From Candidatus Fermentithermobacillus carboniphilus (GTDB lineage Bacteria; Bacillota; Sulfobacillia; Fermentithermobacillales; Fermentithermobacillaceae), in the NCBI GenBank assembly GCA_018208355.1, contig CP062796.1:621217-685216 (forward strand): a stretch of 64,000 nt of DNA, in the 5' to 3' direction. Every line of letters begins with the position of its first letter. The stretch's first letter is position 1. This document shows, in pieces, positions 25,911 through 35,195 of this stretch. The notes under the pieces were generated by a model. That model did not search any database. It was not told the DNA's origin and saw nothing but the letters and a program-made list of their open reading frames with translations. Position numbers and translations under genes: made by a program.

Positions 25911-27100
25911 TGCATCGCCAACGATGCCTCGTGGTGGATATTCGCGGAGATAAAGTCACGGTATTGACTCCTGACGGCCGGTTCAAGAACATGTCAAGGC
26001 AAAATCTGGACCTCTTCGTCGGCGAGGAGGTGCTTGTGGCCGAACCCGAGGCCTCCAAGGTGTTCCCCAGCCTGTTTGGAAAGCGGCTGGCTCTTGCCGC
26101 GGCGCTTTCATTGGTCATCATCATATCGTCATTTTTCAGCTACACAAGGTACCTCGAGGCAAGGCCCTCTCTCGCATACGTGACCGTGGACTTTGTCGAT
26201 TCACCGGGCAGCATAGAGCTGGAAGTAAACGATAAGGGCTTGGTGAAGTCGGCGAGAAGTTTCGATGAACCCGGAGAGAAAGTCCTGTCGGCAACGGATG
26301 TTCACCTGAAGCCCGTAGAAAAAGTCGTGGCTCATGTAGTCAGGGCTTGCGGGCAAAAGGGAGTTTCGGGAGTGTTGATAGGGATAGTCCCGATTAAAGA
26401 AAGTCCGGCGGTCAATTCTCTTGAAAAGAGAGTCGCTGAAAAAGCCAGGGAGTCTCTGAAAGAACTCGAAAGAGCACGTACGCAGGAAGCCGGGACAGGT
26501 GTATCAGCTACCCTCAACACATTGCGCCTGGACCTTGACATCCGGAAGGAAGCCGAAAAACTGAATATGTCCGCAGCCAGGGCGGCTGTCTGGGCCCTTG
26601 CGAAAAAGTCGGGCCAGGGCCAGGAAAAAGAAGGCAACTCCGGGCAGGTCAATATAACGTCCGACAGCGGTCAGGGAAAACCCGGAAAAAGCGTCAGCGT
26701 GAAGTCGACGCTCCCCTCGGTGGACCTTGAAGCCCTCTTAAAAGCCCAGAGCTCCGAGAATCAGAAAAAGTACATCGAGGAAATCACCAGGGCCTGGGTG
26801 GAAGAATTCAAAGGTACGCTCGAGGAGCAGGATGAGGGAGGGCCAGAAAAACCCGGCCAGCATGAAAAACCTGAGGGCGAAAAATCTAGAGACCAGGAAT
26901 CCAAAGGCGAGAGCGAATCCGGAAAACGCGGTCCCGAAGGAGGAAACCAAAAACCGGCGGACGAAAACGATAAGGGACCCCGTAATCCAGCTGGTAACCG
27001 CCGTGAAGAAAACTCCCGTACTGAGGGTCAAAAGGGCGACCGCAGTGAAGAATCCCAAAATGAGGGACCCAGGCATGGAAACCCGGGAGGAGGGCGGTGA
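25907..27100 (+). CDS. rsgI: Anti-sigma-I factor RsgI (RsgI_N domain + TM + long E/K/G/S-rich low-complexity C-terminal region)
   Basis: RCLVVDIRGDKVTVLTPDGRFKNMS matches the RsgI N-terminal domain. Has a single TM (LALAAALSLVIIISSFF). The C-terminal ~200 aa are low-complexity, with no recognisable sensor domain. Confidence 0.65.
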   Translation: MMHRQRCLVVDIRGDKVTVLTPDGRFKNMSRQNLDLFVGEEVLVAEPEASKVFPSLFGKRLALAAALSLVIIISSFFSYTRYLEARPSLAYVTVDFVDSPGSIELEVNDKGLVKSARSFDEPGEKVLSATDVHLKPVEKVVAHVVRACGQKGVSGVLIGIVPIKESPAVNSLEKRVAEKARESLKELERARTQEAGTGVSATLNTLRLDLDIRKEAEKLNMSAARAAVWALAKKSGQGQEKEGNSGQVNITSDSGQGKPGKSVSVKSTLPSVDLEALLKAQSSENQKKYIEEITRAWVEEFKGTLEEQDEGGPEKPGQHEKPEGEKSRDQESKGESESGKRGPEGGNQKPADENDKGPRNPAGNRREENSRTEGQKGDRSEESQNEGPRHGNPGGGR

Positions 27101-27189
27101 TTGCACATCTTCTGCCCCCTCTACCACTTTGGGAACCGCTATTGGGAACTATGCACGCCTGGGAGTTGAGCTTTCTCGGCAGACCATGG

Positions 27190-27963
27190 CTATTTGACGC
27201 TTAGATAATTGTCTTCAATATATTTGACCCACTGTTTATATATGTCTTCTTCAGATACGCCAAATACTTCCTCATATGCTGAAGGATTCCTTATTAAGTT
27301 CATAATTTTATTCATACCATAATTTTTATCGAGGAATTCTATATATGTATAAGAAAAAGCATAGAGTCCTTTGTTAGCAAATGTAATAGGATTATTTATT
27401 TTTGTATCCTGTATACTGGGAACATTTTCTAACGGATAATTTGGTTTAGTATTACCTGATAAATAACCTGCCAACCCTTCGTTCAAAAATTTTGGTGTTT
27501 TTCTATTTATCTCATAAATTATTGTATGAACGTATTCATGCACAACAGCCTGAACTACACTGATATAATCATGTACTGGCCCTGGATTTAACGGAGAGAC
27601 GATAATTACTTTATCTTTTCTATTATCTCCAATATACCAGTCCGGACATACAATCCTGCCTAAATAACCATATTTTTTTGTATGAAAGATCCGGAGATCA
27701 GGATAAATATATATTTCTGTTTTTCCATTTCGGTTAAAATTCATAGCAGAGTTAATTTTCTTACATGATTTTTCTAAGATATCTGCCATATCTAATACAG
27801 CACTTTCATCCTGTTTTTCATAATAAAAAACAAAATTATCTGTTTCTTTAGATATCATTTTATTTGTCTTCAAATTGAATGTAGGTAAAAATATAATTAT
27901 TGAAACGAATATTAGTACCGCGACAATGTTCAATATAATCTTTAACCTTTTTTGCATAAACAT
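27190..27963 (-). CDS. Secreted/membrane-anchored HExxH zinc-metallopeptidase-like protein (peptidase MA-like), in a strongly AT-rich foreign segment
   Basis: Has an N-terminal TM/signal (LKIILNIVAVLIFVSIIIFL), VVHEYVHTII (HExxH), and a downstream NEGLAGYLSG (gluzincin third-ligand-like). Codon usage and base composition are very different from the rest of the window. AGGAGGGATG RBS. Confidence 0.55.
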   Translation of the reverse strand: MFMQKRLKIILNIVAVLIFVSIIIFLPTFNLKTNKMISKETDNFVFYYEKQDESAVLDMADILEKSCKKINSAMNFNRNGKTEIYIYPDLRIFHTKKYGYLGRIVCPDWYIGDNRKDKVIIVSPLNPGPVHDYISVVQAVVHEYVHTIIYEINRKTPKFLNEGLAGYLSGNTKPNYPLENVPSIQDTKINNPITFANKGLYAFSYTYIEFLDKNYGMNKIMNLIRNPSAYEEVFGVSEEDIYKQWVKYIEDNYLSVK

Positions 27964-28277
27964 CCCTCCTGGCTTTGCCCTTAATTTTTTATCACTTTGA
28001 CAGCCACTACTACAAGAGCCTGCTTTTTCTCAAACGGATTGTCTCGTCTCGTCTTAAGATAAGTCGATGTGGGAGCGTCCTTGCCCTCCTTTCTGGTGGC
28101 CACCCTCACCCACCTAGTGCTCGGCAGGATACTGGAAAAACCTGAACATGTTCGCGATGCCGGGTAATGAGCGGTTCGACTCGGTCCTCTACCTGGCGCC
28201 TTTCGATTTTCGGGCCGATTCGGCAAACAGACAAAATCTGTCCGTTCTCGTGGTAAAATAAACCGTAGATTCGAATT

Positions 28278-28305
28278 GAGGAGGACATCATCGAGGAGGA
28301 CATCA
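28278..28305 (+). repeat. Direct repeat GAGGAGGACATCA-tc-GAGGAGGACATCA ~50 nt upstream of the helicase gene
   Basis: Read directly from the sequence. Confidence 0.6.
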
Positions 28306-28352
28306 ATCTGACTACAGGAGACCGGCAGGGCCTGGCCGGCATTCCGGGTGCT

Positions 28353-30533
28353 TTGAGCATATCCGCAGTGCCGAGGGACTTCGTCAACATCTTGACCCGC
28401 GCTTTCTCCAACGGGGGAACTATTTCTTCTTTTGTCCAAGGCTATGAAGAACGCCCTCAGCAGCTCGAGATGGCGCTTTCAGTCTGGGACTGTCTTTCAG
28501 GTGGCGGGCATCTCTTGGTCGAAGCAGGGACAGGCGTAGGGAAATCACTGGCCTACCTGGTACCGGCCTTCCTGTGGACCCAGGCGACCCGCAAGAGAGT
28601 CATCGTATCCACGCATACGGTAAACTTACAGCAGCAACTCGTACACAAGGACCTTCCGCTTGTTGCCGCCATTTTTAAGTCCCAAGGCTTCGATACTCAG
28701 TATGCCCTGTTCAAAGGCAGAAACCACTACTTATGCCTGCGAAAGTGGACCAGGCTCTACGAAGATACTGAGCGCCAGCTTTCTCTGGTCGCAGGAAGCC
28801 TCCAGGAAAACCAAGAGGATAAGCTCATCGAGGACCTGTACGCTCTCCTCCACGAGGGAACCTGGGATGGGGACAGAGATAATCTTCCTTTCCCTGTGCC
28901 AGACTCCATTTGGACGGACATCGCTTCAGAGAGCGACCGATGCATGTCCTCACGATGTCCTTACAGAGACCAGTGTCTTTATCAGAAGCACAGGAAGCAC
29001 CTGGAAAAGTGCCACATCATCGTCGTGAACCACGCCCTGTTCGTGGCACACCTTAGACTCTTACAGGAAAGTATGGGTAGAAGCAGCCTTCTGCCTGGGT
29101 TCGAGGCTGTCGTATTCGACGAGGCTCACCACCTTGAAGACGTGACACGCTCGAGTCTTGCCACTGAGGTCAGCTACTCGCAATTCAAGAGGCTGGCCGA
29201 CGATACGGTGCGTTTGGCATCCACAGGATCTCTGGACAAAGCTCTAGGTAGAGACCAACTCAGGCGGATACGAGACGCCCTCGATGACAGGCTCAGGGCA
29301 CTTGACGGAATCTTGAGGGCACTAGAACCTCAAGGGTTTTCCGGCCAAAGGATTCCGTCCCCATCGGCCCGCGCCAAGAGCGTCAGATCTTTATACCCTG
29401 AAAATGGGCCGCAGTATGAATGCGCAAACCGAGACAAAGCCAGGATAAGAGAAAAAGGCATCGTCGACGAGAGGTTCATCAAGTCTCTTGAAGAACTGGC
29501 CGGCCTCGTCGAGCAATGGGAGGACATGGACCTCTCCGACGAAGAGCGGTTCGAGGTAGGATCCCTGGAAAGACGTTACCTATCGCTGATAGAAAACCTC
29601 CGTAGCATAAACAACCTTGAGGGGGACGGCGACTCGTTCGTCTACTGGTCAGAAGTTCAAGAGGGTCCAAGATCCCGGGTCACATTAAAACGGTCGCCGC
29701 TGGAGATCGGGCCTTACCTTCATGAAAACCTCTGGTCAAAAGTGCCTTCAGCGGTTCTGACTTCCGCAACTTTAGCCACCGGCGGTTCCTTCGATTACAT
29801 GAAACGCATCTTATCCATCGGCGAAGCCCGCGAGGTTATACTCGGTTCCCCATTCGAGTACTCCAGGCAGGCCTGCCTCTGCGTCCCGGAAGACAGCTAC
29901 GGCAAAGACCCCAACGACCCGAAGTTCAATGACTACGTTGCCGAGAAAATCCTGGAAATTGTGGACATGACCTGCGGGAGGATGTTTGTGCTATTCACCT
30001 CCAAAAAAGCCCTGGAAACGGTCTCATCGAGAGTGAAAGACAAGATTGAAGAAAAAGGCTACCCCGTGCTAATCCAGGGAGAAGCGCCAAGGGAGGTGCT
30101 CCTTTCCCGGTTCAAAGAGAGCGGAAAGGCGGTCCTCTTCGGTCTCGATTCCTTTTGGGAAGGTGTCGATGTACCCGGGGATGCCCTTTCCTGCGTCGTG
30201 CTTACGCGGCTCCCTTTCCCCGTCCCTGAAGACCCTGTCATGCAGGCAAGAGAGGAACTCTGGAAATCTCAGGGACTTGTCCCCTTCACCCAGTATTCCC
30301 TGCCACAGGCCACTCTCAAACTAAAGCAAGGATTCGGGAGACTCATAAGGACGAAGACCGACAGGGGTGCCGTAGTCATACTTGACCCGAGGATCGTCAC
30401 AAAGCATTACGGCAAGTCAATCCTTAAAAGCCTTCCTCCTGCGAGGTTGACGTCGGATATCGAAGAAGTGAGGAGGGCGGTGCCTCCTCCCCAGGTGCCT
30501 TCTCTTCAGTCGTTCACCCTCCGCCGGGAGTGA
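28353..30533 (+). CDS. DinG/Rad3-family ATP-dependent DNA helicase (DEAH box)
   Basis: Walker A VEAGTGVGKSLAYLVP; DEAHH at VFDEAHHLED; C-terminal helicase motifs. TTG start. Confidence 0.75.
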   Translation: MSISAVPRDFVNILTRAFSNGGTISSFVQGYEERPQQLEMALSVWDCLSGGGHLLVEAGTGVGKSLAYLVPAFLWTQATRKRVIVSTHTVNLQQQLVHKDLPLVAAIFKSQGFDTQYALFKGRNHYLCLRKWTRLYEDTERQLSLVAGSLQENQEDKLIEDLYALLHEGTWDGDRDNLPFPVPDSIWTDIASESDRCMSSRCPYRDQCLYQKHRKHLEKCHIIVVNHALFVAHLRLLQESMGRSSLLPGFEAVVFDEAHHLEDVTRSSLATEVSYSQFKRLADDTVRLASTGSLDKALGRDQLRRIRDALDDRLRALDGILRALEPQGFSGQRIPSPSARAKSVRSLYPENGPQYECANRDKARIREKGIVDERFIKSLEELAGLVEQWEDMDLSDEERFEVGSLERRYLSLIENLRSINNLEGDGDSFVYWSEVQEGPRSRVTLKRSPLEIGPYLHENLWSKVPSAVLTSATLATGGSFDYMKRILSIGEAREVILGSPFEYSRQACLCVPEDSYGKDPNDPKFNDYVAEKILEIVDMTCGRMFVLFTSKKALETVSSRVKDKIEEKGYPVLIQGEAPREVLLSRFKESGKAVLFGLDSFWEGVDVPGDALSCVVLTRLPFPVPEDPVMQAREELWKSQGLVPFTQYSLPQATLKLKQGFGRLIRTKTDRGAVVILDPRIVTKHYGKSILKSLPPARLTSDIEEVRRAVPPPQVPSLQSFTLRRE

Positions 30534-30763
30534 GAGACCTCCCAGAGAGCGCTCCATGAAGAGGACCTTCGGGAAAGCCCAGCATCCGCCCGTCCTTCGC
30601 TCCCAGGAACATCTGAATTTACAGCTTCAGCAACGACCGAGCAGTTCAGCAGTCATTACACTGGCGCGGCCAGCACCACCCCGGGGCCGTGTCATCAACG
30701 GGCTTGAACCTCGATCTCCGGGGACACACGAAATAGCTGCATGTGCAACTCTTGTTCCTGCTT

Positions 30764-31936
30764 CTACTCTTCACGGTACACCCGAGAAGCTGCCTCGAGT
30801 CCGGCCCCTTTCTGGAACTTTGCGCCTTCGCCGGCGAGGATATCCTCGAGAGCCGCGAGGAACCACAGGACATTGGCCTTGGTGGAATTCGTCCCCATGA
30901 GCCCGATTCGCCATATCTTGCCCTTAAAGACACCGAGGCCGGCGCCGATCTCGATATTGAACTCATCGAGGAGCCTTCTCCGAACTTTGAGGTCCTCCAC
31001 GCCTTCGGGTATGAAAACCGTTGTCAGGCTGGGCAACCTGTACTCAGGCTTCACGACGAGCTTCAATCCCATGGCCTCGAGTCCTGCTATGAGCGCCTTC
31101 TGATTCTTCCTGTGACGCGCCCACCTCGCCTCGTTCCCCTCTTCTTTGACGATGCGAAGGGCTTCATTGAGGGCGTAAATCATATTCACGGGGGCCGTGT
31201 GGTGATAGAATCGCTCGGATCCCCAATACCTCTCGATCATGGAGAGGTCCAGGTACCAGCTCCGGCACCTGGTCTTGCGGTTCTTGATAAATTCGGCCAT
31301 GGAGTCGTTCACGGTAACCGGCGCAAGTCCGGGCGGGCAGCTCAGACACTTCTGGGTACCCGAATAGACGAAGTCGAGGTTGAGCCTGTCTACCGGCACT
31401 TCCACCCCGCCAAGTGAGGTGACCGCGTCAACCACGATCCTCATGCCGTGTTCGTGGGCTATCCGGGCGATTTCTTCAAGGGGCTGTAGCACGCCTGTGG
31501 AGGTCTCTGCGTGCACTATGCCGATAATCTTTGCGTCAGAGTTGGCTTTCACCGCCTTTTCGACTTGGGCCGGATCTACGGGTTCGCCCCAGGGAGCGTC
31601 GACCCGGACCACGGTAGCCCCGGCTCTTTCGGCGACATCCACCATGCGCTCCCCGAAAACTCCGGCAACGCAGATGATGGCCTTGTCACCTGGTTCCACC
31701 GAGTTTACGAGGGCAGTCTCCATACCCGCAGAACCCGTCCCCGAGATGGGTATCGTCAGACGGTTTTTGGTGTTGAAGACGTACCTGAGAAGTTCGGTTG
31801 TCTCATCCATTATCGCCACGAAATCAGGGTCGAGGTGACCCAAGGTTGGTTCGGAAAGAGCCCTCAGCACCCGAGGGTCCGAGTTACTGGGTCCGGGCCC
31901 CAGGAGGAGCTTGGCTTTAGGATTCCTCTCTCTCAT
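30764..31936 (-). CDS. Class V aminotransferase (serine-pyruvate / alanine-glyoxylate aminotransferase family)
   Basis: Full-length AGXT-like sequence with the PLP-lysine region SGTQKCLSCPPG. Confidence 0.8.
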   Translation of the reverse strand: MRERNPKAKLLLGPGPSNSDPRVLRALSEPTLGHLDPDFVAIMDETTELLRYVFNTKNRLTIPISGTGSAGMETALVNSVEPGDKAIICVAGVFGERMVDVAERAGATVVRVDAPWGEPVDPAQVEKAVKANSDAKIIGIVHAETSTGVLQPLEEIARIAHEHGMRIVVDAVTSLGGVEVPVDRLNLDFVYSGTQKCLSCPPGLAPVTVNDSMAEFIKNRKTRCRSWYLDLSMIERYWGSERFYHHTAPVNMIYALNEALRIVKEEGNEARWARHRKNQKALIAGLEAMGLKLVVKPEYRLPSLTTVFIPEGVEDLKVRRRLLDEFNIEIGAGLGVFKGKIWRIGLMGTNSTKANVLWFLAALEDILAGEGAKFQKGAGLEAASRVYREE

Positions 31937-31975
31937 TGAAACTCGTCTCCTTTCTGTCTACTTTCCGTTTTCCCG

Positions 31976-32779
31976 TTACCGACTTTCATTCTCTAGCCCT
32001 GCACCTCCTATCCCGCCCGCTACCCCATTCCATCCGAGCCGGGAAGAAATTTCGGTGCAGCAAGCTTTGATTTTTGCCCTGACCGCGTCTATTCTCTTTC
32101 GGGTGAGCCTGAAGGCAGGACCCGAGATACTCACGGCAGCTACGATGTATCCGGAATAGTCCCTCACGGGTGCCGCGACGCACACCACTCCTTCCTCCCG
32201 CTCACCTTCATCCAGCGCGTAACCGGAAATCCGTACCCGAGTCACCTGCTCAAGCAGCGCTTCTACATCAGCCACGGTCTTGGCCGTGAATCGTTCAAGG
32301 CAGACTCCGCGGTAACGTTCCCGGATGACGTCATCGGGCAACCCTGAGAGAAGCACTTTGCCTACTCCGGTGCAGTGAGCGGGGACTCTAGCGCCAGGGA
32401 CGGTGAATGTCCGCATCATCCTCGAGGATTCAGCGCAGGCGATGTACACTACGTCGGTAGCATCCAAGACAGCAAGGTTGGCGCTTTCTCCCGTCTCGTC
32501 CCGCAGACGCTCGAGGTAGGGCATGCTGAGTTTCACGAGACCCATGTTTCTCTCAGCCTTCTTACCGATTTCGAACGCCTTAAGGCCCAGGCCGTACAGC
32601 TTGCCGTCCCTCTTTAACAGGAGAGTCTCGGTTAACGTGTCGAGAAGCCTCTTTGTCGTGGATACGGGTAAACCTACTTTCGAAGATATTTCCGTGAGAC
32701 TCAAAGGCCGTTCCGCCTCGGCCACCACCAAAAGGATATCTACCGCTTTCCTCACAGAGTGTATGGTCAACCGACCCAT
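31976..32779 (-). CDS. IclR-family transcriptional regulator
   Basis: N-terminal wHTH (LSLTEISSKVGLPVSTTKRLLDTL) plus a C-terminal IclR effector domain. Confidence 0.8.
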   Translation of the reverse strand: MGRLTIHSVRKAVDILLVVAEAERPLSLTEISSKVGLPVSTTKRLLDTLTETLLLKRDGKLYGLGLKAFEIGKKAERNMGLVKLSMPYLERLRDETGESANLAVLDATDVVYIACAESSRMMRTFTVPGARVPAHCTGVGKVLLSGLPDDVIRERYRGVCLERFTAKTVADVEALLEQVTRVRISGYALDEGEREEGVVCVAAPVRDYSGYIVAAVSISGPAFRLTRKRIDAVRAKIKACCTEISSRLGWNGVAGGIGGAGLENESR

Positions 32780-33978
32780 CCCTCCTCCAGGATGTGGATG
32801 AGGTCTTTTATGCAGGAAGCAGCCGCCCCCGTCACGTCCGAAGCTCCACCCGAGACTATGACGTCGCCCATCTCCCTGGATGAGAATTTGACCGCTTTGG
32901 AGGTACCCGGGAGAACCCCGAATGGATGCCCTTTCGGCACGGCTTGCGGGCGCACGGAAAGCTCGACCAGGCCGCTCTTCTCGCCTGCGTTGGGCGGGTC
33001 ACCTGTGCCGCACGGACGATCTGAAGGATTCGGACTTCCCGGATTGGGCCAATCGCATTGAGTTGACCGGCTGCTCTTTCGGGGGGCGCAAGTCCGTCGC
33101 GCCGTCGCCACGAGTCTCACGGGTGTCCCGGCCGCATAAAGAGCCTGTACTTCGCGCCCGTCAAGACCTGTGATTCCTTCCCTTTCAATGTCCGAAAGCC
33201 CGAAATCGGTCCCCCACACGGTGTTGGCTATGATGAGGAGTTTTGCTGCCGAATCGTAACCTTCGACGTCAAGGGTAGGATTGGCTTCGGCAATCCCCAT
33301 TTCCTGAGCCTTTCGCAAGGCTTCTTCGTAAGGTTCGCCCTGGCTCATGCGGTTAAGGATGTAGTTTGTGGTGCCGTTCAAGACCCCTTCGATTTCGTAA
33401 ATATCCGCCCCTGCCATGGAGTATATGGCCGTATCGACGGTGGGAAGTGCCGCGGCCACTGCCCCGCTATATCTCAATCCGACGCCCTTTTGCCGGGCAA
33501 GGGATAAAAGGTTCCTAAAGGCGACCACGAGGGGACCCTTGGAAAGCGTGATCACCGAAAACCCGTGGGAGATGGCTTTCGTAATGTGCGAGAGCCCGGG
33601 TTCTCCGGTCCAGATGTCCGTGGGAGTGGCCTCCACCACCACACCTCTCATGGACCGCCCGATCTCGTCGAGCACGGACTCGTAGTCGCCGGATCCGAGA
33701 ATTACGCCTTTGAGTGAGCCAGTCTTGCCCCCGGATCCCGTCCTCCTCGCTCCGAGCCAGTCGAATACGTCGCGCGGCACAAGTCCCTCTTTCGAGAAAA
33801 GGACAGCATCTTTAGTCACAACAGCGGTAAGGACTGGATGAACACCGGTCAGTTTACGGATGAGCTCGCTTTTCTCATCCAGGAGCTCTATGAACTTCCT
33901 CCCTACCCGGCCCGCGCCGTTGAGCACGATGGCTACCCGCGTCGTCCCGTGCATATCTCCAACCACTTTCGACCGCAA
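32767..33978 (-). CDS. hom: Homoserine dehydrogenase with an unusual ~40-aa in-frame low-complexity insertion
   Basis: NAD-binding N-terminus (RVAIVLNGAGRVGRK) and catalytic-domain motifs. A typical C-terminus resumes at GLVELSVRPQAVPKGHPF...GGASDVTGAAAS, but only after the segment RRTCAPRKSSRSTQCDWPNPGSPNPSDRPCGTGDPPNAGEKS, which other Hom proteins known to me lack. Start uncertain (33978 TTG, or 33954 ATG). Confidence 0.7.
   Translation of the reverse strand: MRSKVVGDMHGTTRVAIVLNGAGRVGRKFIELLDEKSELIRKLTGVHPVLTAVVTKDAVLFSKEGLVPRDVFDWLGARRTGSGGKTGSLKGVILGSGDYESVLDEIGRSMRGVVVEATPTDIWTGEPGLSHITKAISHGFSVITLSKGPLVVAFRNLLSLARQKGVGLRYSGAVAAALPTVDTAIYSMAGADIYEIEGVLNGTTNYILNRMSQGEPYEEALRKAQEMGIAEANPTLDVEGYDSAAKLLIIANTVWGTDFGLSDIEREGITGLDGREVQALYAAGTPVRLVATARRTCAPRKSSRSTQCDWPNPGSPNPSDRPCGTGDPPNAGEKSGLVELSVRPQAVPKGHPFGVLPGTSKAVKFSSREMGDVIVSGGASDVTGAAASCIKDLIHILEEGWVG
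33031..33096. repeat. Inverted repeats (CGGACTT ... AAGTCCG) enclosing a palindrome GATTGGGCCAATC inside the hom insertion
   Basis: Read directly from the sequence. Coincides with the anomalous protein segment. Confidence 0.5.
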
Positions 33979-33989
33979 GACTTCTAGTG

Positions 33990-34883
33990 TTAGGCCACCG
34001 TCTTAACTCCGAGTTTCTCGAGGGCCGACCTTATTTCCGCCTTCTCCTGCTCTCCTATGGGAAGTATGGGACGGCGCGGCAAGCCGCCGAAGTATCCCAC
34101 CATGTCAAGAGCCGCCTTTAACCCAGCCACACCGTACTTGGAGGTCACGAGGGCGTTCAGCGCCAGTATATCCTTTTGAATGACCCGCGCTTCCTCAATC
34201 TTACCCTCGTTGACGAGGTCATATATCTTCACGCAGAGGTCCGGGGCGACGTTGGCCGCGGCAAGAGTCCCTCCTTTTGCTCCCATCACGAGAGCCGGTA
34301 GGAGAAAACTGGCCGATCCCGCGAAAACGGAAAAATCCGGAGGCACGTCTCTTATGATCTCGGAAATCTGCACGATGTTCCCGCTTGAGTCCTTTATCCC
34401 TTTGATCTTCGGATGGGAAGAGAGCCTTTTCACAAGAGGCGGCGTCATGTTAAGTCCCGTATTCCCGGGCATGTTGTAGAGGAGCACCGGGATCGGGGAG
34501 TTATCGGCCACGTCCCGGTAGTACTGCTCAAGAGCCGGATCTTTCATATTCGCCTTGAAGTAGTGGGGTGTGATGACGAGAGCGGCATCTACACCGACAT
34601 CTGCTGCCTTTTTGGTGAGGCGGATGGTTGCCCTCGTGCTTTCGCAGCCCGTTCCCGCTATCACCAGTTTATCTTCAGGAAAGTGTTTCCGGGCAAACGC
34701 CCAAAGTTCAATTTTCTCTTCTTCATCCAAAAAGGGCTGTTCACCGTTGGAGCCCAAGACGACGATCCCGGAAAGACCCGTTTCTCCCCACTTCCCGAGG
34801 TTCTCCTCGAGCTTATCGTAGGCGATTTCTTCATCGACGAACGGCGTTGGGATTGGAGCAAAGATGCCTTTGAGGCTACTCAC
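33990..34883 (-). CDS. Dihydrodipicolinate synthase family protein (DapA-like class I aldolase)
   Basis: ...GIVVLGSNGE...VIAGTGC...TPHYF...YNMPGNTG..., the DHDPS-family pattern. GTG start with AAGGAAGGAG RBS. Confidence 0.7.
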   Translation of the reverse strand: MSSLKGIFAPIPTPFVDEEIAYDKLEENLGKWGETGLSGIVVLGSNGEQPFLDEEEKIELWAFARKHFPEDKLVIAGTGCESTRATIRLTKKAADVGVDAALVITPHYFKANMKDPALEQYYRDVADNSPIPVLLYNMPGNTGLNMTPPLVKRLSSHPKIKGIKDSSGNIVQISEIIRDVPPDFSVFAGSASFLLPALVMGAKGGTLAAANVAPDLCVKIYDLVNEGKIEEARVIQKDILALNALVTSKYGVAGLKAALDMVGYFGGLPRRPILPIGEQEKAEIRSALEKLGVKTVA

Positions 34884-35195
34884 ACATACCCGCTCCTTCC
34901 TTAATGAAATGATGATTACACGTCACCGCGGCCTTGAAAGGCAGGGCACCTGCCCTGGCACGGCATTTTCACATCGTGGAAATGCTGTCCACAATGTGCT
35001 ACCTACAAGTTATTCGACACCTTACTGCTAAATCCTCCAGCTCCGTAAGCCCCGGCGCCGATTCGCGGCGTGGTATCACTCTGCCCCCGGCCCTCCAGGC
35101 CACATTTCGTGACCCAAACGGAGAAGGAGGAGAGGCCCTTGGTGACCGCAAATATAAGGGCGATACTGTATCGTGGAAAGGAGAGGTTAAAAAAG

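Noticed and set aside
27981-28439. Minus-strand ORFs (152 aa and 101 aa) between the AT-rich gene and the helicase gene.
   Set aside because: They overlap the helicase start, have no SD and no domain. They look like antisense or frame artefacts.
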